From: Dehalococcoidia bacterium
GTDB lineage: Bacteria; Chloroflexota; Dehalococcoidia; Bin125
Direction: 5' to 3'
Assembly: GCA_965207695.1 (NCBI GenBank)
Contig: CBDBNA010000010.1
Location: 31,764 to 95,763 of the forward strand
Length of the DNA: 64,000 bases
Shown here: one piece after another, positions 37,542 through 45,142 of the stretch
Layout of the letters: every line of letters starts with the position of its first letter
Position numbering within the stretch: position 1 is the first letter of the stretch
Position numbers and translations under genes: made by a program
The notes under the pieces: generated by a model
Told to the model about the DNA's origin: nothing
The model's database searches: none
The model's input: the letters and a program-made list of their open reading frames with translations, nothing else

Positions 37542-39056
37542 CTACGTGCGCCGCCGCAGCAAGGGGAACAGGATCACGTCCCGGATCGACTCCGAGTCGG
37601 TCAGCAGCATGACGAGGCGGTCGATGCCCAGGCCCAGGCCGCCGGTGGGCGGCATGCCGTGCTCCAGCGCGACGAGGAAGTCCTCGTCGACCAGTTCCGC
37701 CTCGTCGTCGCCGGCGCGGGCCAGCGCCAGCTGGGCGTCGAAGCGCTCGCGCTGGTCGACCGGGTCGTTGAGTTCGCTGTAGGCGTTGCCGATCTCCCAG
37801 CCGGCGGCGAAGGCCTCGAAGCGCTCCACCAGCGACGGATCGTCCGGGTGCCGCTTGGCCAGCGGCGAGATCTCGACCGGGTAGTCGAGCAGGAAGGTCG
37901 GCTGGATGAGATGGGGCTGCACGGTCGCCGTGACCAGCGCGTCGAGCAGCTTGCCCCAGTTCGCCTGCTCGGGGACGGCGACGCCCTTTTCCCGCAGCAG
38001 CGCCGTCATCGAGGCCGCGTCGCGGTAGTCGAAGAAGTCGACGCCGGCGTACTCCCGCAGGGCGTCGCGCATCGTCAGCCGCCGCCAGGGCGGCGCGAGG
38101 TCGAGCTGCTCGCCGCGGATGCGCACCGAGGTGGCGCCCAGCACCTCCTGCGCGACCGCCGCCACGAGGTCCTCGACCATCCGCGCGACGTCGTGGTAGT
38201 CGGCGTAGGCCTGGTACGACTCGAGCATCGTGAACTCGGGGTTGTGGCGGGTCGAGACGCCCTCGTTGCGGAAGATGCGGCCCAACTCGTAGACGCGGTC
38301 GAGCCCGCCGACGATGAGGCGCTTGAGGTGCAACTCGAGCGCGATGCGCAGGTAGCGGTCCTCGCCGAGCGCGTTGAGGTGGGTCGCGAAGGGGCGCGCC
38401 GCCGCGCCCCCGGCCTCGGCCTGCAGGACCGGCGTCTCGACCTCCAGGAAGCCGCGCGACTCCATGAAGCGCCGCACCGCCGCGACGATGCGCGACCGCT
38501 GCACCAGCACGGCCCGCGAGTCCTCGTTGGCCTGCAGGTCGAGGTAGCGCTGGCGGTAGCGGGCCTCCACGTCCTGCAGGCCGTGGAACTTCTCGGGCGG
38601 CGGCCGCAGCGCCTTGGTCAGCAGCCGCAGCTCCGCCGTATCGACGGACACTTCGCCCGTGCGCGTGCGCAGCATCGCGCCGGCCGCCTCGACGAAGTCG
38701 CCCAGGTCGAGGGAGGCCAGCAGGGCCCAGCCGTCGCCCAGCTGGTTGCGGCGGCACATGAGCTGCACCGCGCCCGAGCCGTCGCGCAGGTCGAGGAAGG
38801 CCAGCTTGCCCAGCCGGCGCAGGTTCGTGATCCGGCCCGCGACCCGCACCGACGGCGCCTCCGCGTCCGCGCCGGCGGCCTCGAACGCCTCGAAGCGCGA
38901 GCGCGCCTCGGCGATGCGCGCCGGCGGTCCGCCGCCCCGCGCGGGGTAGGGATCGACGCCGGCCGCGCGCAGCGCGTCGGCCTTTTCGAGGCGCTGCCGG
39001 CGCAATTCCAGCAGGCGCTCGCTGGGCTGCCCGGGCTGGGGACGATCGTCAGACAT
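37542..39056 (-). CDS. lysS: lysyl-tRNA synthetase (class II)
   Basis: Last 504 codons of the 1196-aa track ORF. ATG 39056. OB-fold N-domain plus class II motifs (YELGRIFRNEGVSTRHNPEFT, GLGLGIDRLVM). Confidence 0.95.
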   Translation of the reverse strand: MSDDRPQPGQPSERLLELRRQRLEKADALRAAGVDPYPARGGGPPARIAEARSRFEAFEAAGADAEAPSVRVAGRITNLRRLGKLAFLDLRDGSGAVQLMCRRNQLGDGWALLASLDLGDFVEAAGAMLRTRTGEVSVDTAELRLLTKALRPPPEKFHGLQDVEARYRQRYLDLQANEDSRAVLVQRSRIVAAVRRFMESRGFLEVETPVLQAEAGGAAARPFATHLNALGEDRYLRIALELHLKRLIVGGLDRVYELGRIFRNEGVSTRHNPEFTMLESYQAYADYHDVARMVEDLVAAVAQEVLGATSVRIRGEQLDLAPPWRRLTMRDALREYAGVDFFDYRDAASMTALLREKGVAVPEQANWGKLLDALVTATVQPHLIQPTFLLDYPVEISPLAKRHPDDPSLVERFEAFAAGWEIGNAYSELNDPVDQRERFDAQLALARAGDDEAELVDEDFLVALEHGMPPTGGLGLGIDRLVMLLTDSESIRDVILFPLLRRRT

Positions 39057-39169
39057 GGGACGCTGCCATGGACCTACCTTGCTCCCCGGCCGCATCGAGC
39101 ACAAGCCCCGCCGGAACGACGACGGGCGCCCCGCGGCGCCCAGGTGCATCGCCGGGGCGAAGCCCGCCG

Positions 39170-39646
39170 TCAGTCGATCGACTCGATGGTCATCTTGATC
39201 TGGCCGGCGGGGGCCGCGACCTCGACGGTGTCGCCGGCGCGGTGGCCCAGCAGCGCCTGCCCCACGGGCGACTCGTCGCTGACGAAGCCGTGCGCCGGGT
39301 CGACCTCGACCGCGCCCACGATGGTGAAGCGCTGCGACTTGCGCCCCATCTTCACCGAGACGGTCGCGCCCACGTGCACGACGTCGGAGGCGCGCGCGCC
39401 CTCCTCGTCGATCAGCGTCGCGTTGGCCAGGATGTCCTCCAGCGTGCGGATGCGCCCTTCGATGAAGGCCTGCTCGTTCTTGGCGCCCTCGTACTCGCCG
39501 TCGGTCTGGGAGCCGGGCGACTCCTCGAGCGTGTCGTGGATCAGCGCCGCGGCCGAGGGGCGCTTGTTGGTGAGCAGGTCGTCGAGTTCGCGGCGCAGGC
39601 GCTCCATCCCTGCCGCGGTCACCGGCATCGGTTTGCGGGCTGCCAT
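39170..39646 (-). CDS. greA: GreA-family transcript cleavage factor homolog (standard length)
   Basis: 158 aa. N-terminal coiled coil (MERLRRELDDL...GRIRTLE) plus C-terminal FKBP-like domain (SPVGQALLGHRAGD). Confidence 0.85.
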   Translation of the reverse strand: MAARKPMPVTAAGMERLRRELDDLLTNKRPSAAALIHDTLEESPGSQTDGEYEGAKNEQAFIEGRIRTLEDILANATLIDEEGARASDVVHVGATVSVKMGRKSQRFTIVGAVEVDPAHGFVSDESPVGQALLGHRAGDTVEVAAPAGQIKMTIESID

Positions 39647-39857
39647 CTGCGGCTCCTCCCCACGATGCAGCGTTCCCGGCGGCCCGCGCGGGCGCGCGCC
39701 GGCGGGAACGGAGCGGGGCGATCACGCCGCGGCGTCGCCGCGTCGGCGTGACGCTCCGCCTGATCGGCTGTTGAGTGCCAGAATTATACCCGAGGCGCGC
39801 CGCGGCCGGGCGGGGCGGTCCGATCGGCCCGGTATGCCGATCCTGAGGCGCCGTCGT

Positions 39858-39884
39858 TGCATAAGATGGCGCTGCATAAGATGG
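39858..39884 (+). promoter_or_regulatory. two identical 12-nt direct repeats TGCATAAGATGG, 15 nt apart, upstream of htrA-like gene
   Basis: 39858-39869 and 39873-39884 are 12/12 identical. Each carries a TAAGAT -10-like hexamer. AT-rich island in a GC-rich spacer. Confidence 0.4.
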
Positions 39885-39950
39885 GGCGGGCGCCGCGGGC
39901 GTTCGCGGGGTGGGCAACCGGACGCGCGGCCCGGTCGTAGCGAGAACGGC

Positions 39951-41066
39951 ATGCGACTCACCATCTTCGCTTCGCTGTTGGTCGGGCTGCTCGCGGGCGT
40001 CGTCGGGGCGCTGGTCGTCACGCTTGCGGTGGGCGGCGACGACGCGGAGACCGAGCAGGCCGTCGCCGCCCTCGAAGCGCACCTCGACCGCATCGCCGGC
40101 GCCCAGGAGCTGGCCGCCGAGGCCGCCGCGCTGCGCGAGGACGTCCAGGGCCTGCTGAATGCCGTCGCGCCCTCGGTGGTCCTGATCACGACGGAGTACG
40201 AGGATACGGCGGGCTCGCGCGGGGCGATCGGCACCGGCGTCGTGCTCGACGACCGGGGCCACGTCGTCACGAACGCGCACGTCGTGCGCGACGCCAGCCG
40301 GATCGAACTGAGCTTCGCCGACGGCAGCATCCGGCTGGCGGAATTCGTGGGCGGCGACAGCCCCTTCACCGACCTGGCCGTGGTGCGCACCGACCCGGCC
40401 GGCCTCGTGCCGGCGCGGTTCGCCTCCTCGAGCGACCTGCGGATCGGGGATCCGGTGCTCGCCTTCGGCAACGCCCTGGGCAACGACGTCTCGCTCACGC
40501 GCGGCGTCGTCAGCAACCCCCGGGCGCGCTTCATCAACGCGGACAGCGAGCGCCACGACTTCATCCAGACCGACGCGCCCGTGAACCCCGGCAACAGCGG
40601 CGGGCCGCTCCTCGCCGACGACGGCTCCGTGGTGGGCATCGTCACCCAGGTCGTCACGCAGACCCGCGACGGGCAGATGGTGCAGGGGGTCGGCTTCGCG
40701 CTGCCCAGCGACCGCGTCCTGCCGGTGGCCGAGCGGATCATCGCGGAGGGCGGCGACTTCCCCCGCCCCGACTTCGGCGTCGTGCGGCAGCGCTCGTTGG
40801 ATGCGTTCGTCGCCGAGCAGTTCGGCGCGCCCGTGGCGGAGGGGGCTCTCCTGATCGAGCTGCTGCGCTCGAGCGTCTTCGCCGACGCCGGCATCCGTCC
40901 AGGCGACGTAATCCTCAGCCTGAACGGCTTCAGCGTCACGCCGGAGACGCCCTACTTCCACGTCCTGCGGCAACTGGAACCGGGGCAGCCCGTGGACGTT
41001 GTCTATGTCGATCAGGACGGCGACGAGCGCGCGGTCGAGGTCGTGCCGGTGCGGCGGCGGCGCTGA
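39951..41066 (+). CDS. HtrA/DegP-family serine protease with PDZ domain
   Basis: C-terminal 371 codons of track ORF 37659..41066. ATG 39951. TM anchor, triad context VVTNAHVV / DLAVV / GNSGGPL, PDZ (GIRPGDVILSLNG). Confidence 0.9.
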   Translation: MRLTIFASLLVGLLAGVVGALVVTLAVGGDDAETEQAVAALEAHLDRIAGAQELAAEAAALREDVQGLLNAVAPSVVLITTEYEDTAGSRGAIGTGVVLDDRGHVVTNAHVVRDASRIELSFADGSIRLAEFVGGDSPFTDLAVVRTDPAGLVPARFASSSDLRIGDPVLAFGNALGNDVSLTRGVVSNPRARFINADSERHDFIQTDAPVNPGNSGGPLLADDGSVVGIVTQVVTQTRDGQMVQGVGFALPSDRVLPVAERIIAEGGDFPRPDFGVVRQRSLDAFVAEQFGAPVAEGALLIELLRSSVFADAGIRPGDVILSLNGFSVTPETPYFHVLRQLEPGQPVDVVYVDQDGDERAVEVVPVRRRR

Positions 41067-41167
41067 TCGTCCGCGCCCGCGCGACCGTTGCCGGTAGGCT
41101 GATCCGGCGGCGGCCGCGCCCTCCACCATCACGGGGCCGCCGCCCCGCGCAGGGACATTAGGACATA

Positions 41168-42982
41168 ATGAGCGACGGCCCCTCCATGAGCGACGGTCCC
41201 TTCGCCCGGCGGCGCCGCCGCCGCGGCGGCGGCCGTGACGCGCCGTCCCCCCAGGAGGCGCCGCCCCCGGCGGAGCCCCTGCTGCGCCGCGGGCCCATCG
41301 GCGTGCGGCCCTCGGGGCGCCGGGGCGGGTCGCGGCGCGGCCCCGACTTCGGGCTGCTGCTCGTCGGCCTCGCCGTGCTCGGGCTGGCCGCCGCGCTGGT
41401 GGTGCTCTTCCTGCCGCCGCTCGCCCTGCTGGAGGACGAATCCGATCCGGCCGATGAGGAGGCCGCCGCGGCCCAGGCGCAGGCCGCCCCCGTGGTCACG
41501 GCGCTGACGCCCGGCACCGGCGTCGCGGTCAGCCTGCTCGAAACCATCCCGGAGGTGCCGGACAGCCTGCGCCCCATGAGTCCGATCTACGGCGTCGACA
41601 TCCCCGTCACCGTTCTGGGGCCCTACGTCCTCACCCTGCGCCTCAACGCCGAGACCCAGGACCAGCGCAACCTGGGCGCCTACACCTACGAGGACGGCGG
41701 CTGGCACCGCCTGGGCCCGGCGCTGCTCACGCCCGACGGGGCCGCCGCCAGCGTCGAACTGATTTCGCCGCCGGCGAACATCGCCATCCTGCGGCGGCTG
41801 CAGTTCCGCGACATGGTCACCGGCCGCCTGCCCGCCGGGCAGGAGCTGCACCCCGAGGCCGCGAACACCATCACGATCATCAACCCCATCAGCTACGTCC
41901 CGGCCGAGGACGGCTCGCTGCTGTCGCTGGGGCAGGTCGAGAGCCTGCCGCCCGGCATCACGCAGGCCGTCTATCCGGTCGTGCTGGCCCAACTGGCCGA
42001 CGCGGACACGATCAACACCGTCCTCGCGTCGGAGCAGCTGCGCCGGCAGCACAAGAACAACATCCTGCTGATGGTCCAGACCGGCCGCTTCGACGGCGTG
42101 GATATCGACTACCAGTACATCGCGGCCCCCCTGCGGGAGGAGTTCACGGAGTTCATCACCGAACTCGCCGACCAGCTCCACCGCGACGACCGCGGCATCA
42201 TGATCAGCGTCCCCATGCCCACCCGCGACGCCAGCGGCCTCAACCTGGGCGCGTACGACCTGGCCGCGCTGGGGGCGGCCGTCGATCGCATCAAGCTGGT
42301 GCCGCCGCAGGACCAGTCGATCTTCCGCGAGTCCCTCGTGGCGACGCTGCCCGCCGTCCTCAACCGCGTCCCGCGCGAGAAGCTGCTGCTGACGGTCTCG
42401 CCGCACAGCGTCCAGAAGACCATCAGCGGGACGCAGGCGCTGACCCAGCGCGTCGCGCTGGGGCTGGCCTCGCGCCTGGCGGTGCGCGAGACGGGCCCGC
42501 TCATCGCGGGGCAGCGCGTGCGGCTCGTCGGCGACAACATCTTCCAGGACGGCGGCGCGAGCGGGCTCTTCTGGGACCGCTTCGCCAACATGGTCTCCTA
42601 CGTGTATCCCGACGCGGCCGGCAACAACGTCACCGTCTGGGTGGAGAACCGCTTCAGCCTGGCCTTCAAGCTCGACCTCATCGAGGAGTTCCGGCTGGGC
42701 GGCATCGCGATCGACGATGTCTCGGCCAACCCCGGACACGCCAACATCTGGCCCGTGATCACGCAGTTCCTGGAGGCGGGGACGGTCAATCTGGTGCGCC
42801 CCAACGCGGAGTTGCTCGTGCCGATCTGGGAGGTCGAGGCCGGCGACCTGACGGGGTCTGGCGTGGCCGGCTGGGTCGTCTGGAACACGCCCACCGTGCC
42901 CGGCGACTACGCGACGCGCCTCATCGTCTCCGACGGGGACGTGCGGGTCGGCAGCCAGATCGATGTCACGCTGGAGCCCTGA
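41168..42982 (+). CDS. membrane-anchored GH18-like (chitinase/YaaH-like) protein with substituted catalytic Glu
   Basis: ATG 41168. Arg-rich N-terminus plus TM helix. GH18 DxxDxDxE box reads FDGVDIDYQ (Q316). Confidence 0.75.
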   Translation: MSDGPSMSDGPFARRRRRRGGGRDAPSPQEAPPPAEPLLRRGPIGVRPSGRRGGSRRGPDFGLLLVGLAVLGLAAALVVLFLPPLALLEDESDPADEEAAAAQAQAAPVVTALTPGTGVAVSLLETIPEVPDSLRPMSPIYGVDIPVTVLGPYVLTLRLNAETQDQRNLGAYTYEDGGWHRLGPALLTPDGAAASVELISPPANIAILRRLQFRDMVTGRLPAGQELHPEAANTITIINPISYVPAEDGSLLSLGQVESLPPGITQAVYPVVLAQLADADTINTVLASEQLRRQHKNNILLMVQTGRFDGVDIDYQYIAAPLREEFTEFITELADQLHRDDRGIMISVPMPTRDASGLNLGAYDLAALGAAVDRIKLVPPQDQSIFRESLVATLPAVLNRVPREKLLLTVSPHSVQKTISGTQALTQRVALGLASRLAVRETGPLIAGQRVRLVGDNIFQDGGASGLFWDRFANMVSYVYPDAAGNNVTVWVENRFSLAFKLDLIEEFRLGGIAIDDVSANPGHANIWPVITQFLEAGTVNLVRPNAELLVPIWEVEAGDLTGSGVAGWVVWNTPTVPGDYATRLIVSDGDVRVGSQIDVTLEP

Positions 42983-42985
42983 GCG

Positions 42986-43590
42986 ATGGCGGTGACGCCC
43001 ATCGTGCGGCTGACCGGCGGCGCGTACGGGGGCCGGCGGCTGCGCGGCGCGGCGGGGGCGACGCGGCCCGCCACGGCCCGGCTGCGCCGCTCGATCTTCG
43101 ACCGCCCCGACGTGCAGGCCGCGCTCGGGGGCCCGGTCCTCGACCTCTACGCGGGGGCGGGCCTGCTGGGCCTCGAGGCGCTGAGCCGCGGCGCCCCGCG
43201 CGTCGACTTCGTCGAGCGCGACCGCGCGGCCTGCGCCGTCATCCGGGCGAACCTCGAGAGCCTGGGCGGCGGGCCGCGGGCCGAACTGCACTGCCGCTCC
43301 TCCGAGCGGACGCTGGCCGCGTTGCCGCCGGGCTACACGCTCTGCTTCGCCGACCCGCCCTACGCCGTCGATGCGACGCCCGTGCTCCGGGAGCTGCTGC
43401 GGCGGGGGCTGCTGCACCCCGACGGGCTGCTGCTCTGGCGCTATCCTCGGGCGCGCCCCGCGCCGGTGGATGTCCTTGGGCACTCTCTGGTCCGGGTCGA
43501 CCAGCGTCGCTATGGTGACGCCGTCCTCGATACGTTCGCCGCCGCCGACGGCCATGCCGCGCCGCCGGAGGGCGGGAGAGGAGGCCCGTG

Positions 43591-43591
<1 letters not shown>
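42986..43591 (+). CDS. rsmD: 16S rRNA (guanine966-N2)-methyltransferase
   Basis: SAM motif LDLYAGAGLLGLEALSRGA and FADPPYA (DPPY). ATG 42986. Confidence 0.85.
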
Positions 43592-44079
<488 letters not shown>

Positions 44080-44156
44080 CGCGGCGCGCGCCCGCGGGCG
44101 CTACGCTGGAGACGGCGGGTCGCGGGGGCGTCCCCCGCCCGAGCGGAGTTGCCGTC

Positions 44157-44750
44157 ATCGACCTCCTGGAACTGATCGATCGCCTGGAAGAGACCGTCCT
44201 CAGCGGCCGCGCCGCCCGCTTCGGCGGCGGCTGGATCGTGAACCGCGACGTGCTGCTCGACGTCGTCGACCGCATGCGCGCCGCCGTCCCGCGGGAGGTC
44301 GAGGAGGCCCGCGCGATCCTGCGCGAGCGGCAGACCGTGCTCAACAAGGCCGACGAGGAAGCGCTCATCATCACGAACCGGGCCCGCGACGAGGCCGAGC
44401 ACCGGCTCAACGCGCACGACCTCGTGATCGAGGCGCAGCGCCGCGCCGCCGACGTCATGGAGAAGGCCGCCACCGAGGCCCGCGACCTGCGCGCCGCCGC
44501 CCGCGGCGACGCCGCCGGCATCCGCTCCGACGCCACCACCCAGGCCGTCGAGCAGGCGCTGGAAGCCGACCGCTACTCGCTCGACATGCTGCGCCGCCTG
44601 GAGGCGCAACTGACGTCGATCGAGTCCAGCGTGCGCGCCGGCATCGATCAGCTCGACCAGAAGATCCAACGCGAGGAAGAGATCGCGGGCGCCGACGCCC
44701 GCGACGCCCGCATCATCGCCGAGCGCGAGCGCGAACGCGGCCGCGCCTGA
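44157..44750 (+). CDS. coiled-coil protein (V-ATPase subunit H/G-like annotation class), apparent non-canonical start
   Basis: Reading frame of track ORF 43371..44750. No ATG/GTG/TTG lies between the coaD stop and the conserved-looking N-terminus. ATC 44157 sits 8 nt after GGAG and would give MDLLELIDRLEE. Confidence 0.55.
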   Translation: MDLLELIDRLEETVLSGRAARFGGGWIVNRDVLLDVVDRMRAAVPREVEEARAILRERQTVLNKADEEALIITNRARDEAEHRLNAHDLVIEAQRRAADVMEKAATEARDLRAAARGDAAGIRSDATTQAVEQALEADRYSLDMLRRLEAQLTSIESSVRAGIDQLDQKIQREEEIAGADARDARIIAERERERGRA

Positions 44751-44807
44751 CCGCCCCGCCTCCCTCCAGGGCCTGTTCGCATGGCACGGGAGCTCCGGCG
44801 GGACGGC

Positions 44808-44836
44808 TTGACTCCCCTCATACGATCCGCTAAATT
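44808..44836 (+). promoter_or_regulatory. sigma70-like promoter TTGACT-17 nt-TAAATT
   Basis: Hexamers read directly. Paralog of 36421-36450. Conserved box begins 12 nt after the -10 in both copies. Confidence 0.5.
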
Positions 44837-44842
44837 GAATTC

Positions 44843-45012
44843 AACGACCGCACATCGCGTGTCAGTCAACCCGACCGACGCCCCGCAGACCCGGCTGAGT
44901 GCGTGCAAGCTCGTGACGGATTTCGCTCCCCGATGCTCCCCCATGCGCGCCCATGCCGCCCGATGATTCGCCGTGACCGGTCAAGATCCCGAATGAACCT
45001 GGCGGGTTTCGC
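44843..45012 (+). ncRNA. candidate stand-alone sRNA or protein-binding element (copy 2)
   Basis: Lies between convergent genes, with no downstream CDS. Box 44849-44876. Ten phased 10-nt units. Ends GGGTTTCGCC (copy 1 ends GGGGTTTTCC). Confidence 0.35.
44904..45003 (+). repeat. 10 head-to-tail 10-nt units phased on TG
   Basis: TGCAAGCTCG TGACGGATTT CGCTCCCCGA TGCTCCCCCA TGCGCGCCCA TGCCGCCCGA TGATTCGCCG TGACCGGTCA AGATCCCGAA TGAACCTGGC. Confidence 0.75.
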
Positions 45013-45142
45013 CTCGCCGCCTCCGGCCGGGCGCCCGGCGGACGCGGGAAGAACAAGCACCTTGCGTCTTGGGGCCCAGGATCCCCCTCGGCGCCGGTTT
45101 CCTCGCTCCACGCCGATGCCCCGGCGCCGACGGGGACAGGTC

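Noticed and set aside
37542-41132. 1196-aa minus-strand ORF, and the 1135-aa plus-strand ORF 37659..41066
   Set aside because: Both are read-through artefacts. Only 37542-39056 (lysS) and 39951-41066 (HtrA-like) carry recognisable protein sequence with proper RBS and start. greA (39170-39646) occupies another frame in between.
44994-45030. tmRNA/tRNA-like 3' end (GGCGGGTTTCGCCTCGCCGCCTCC)
   Set aside because: There is no proper T-loop (GGTTCGAATCC-type), no acceptor pairing and no CCA. The resemblance is superficial.
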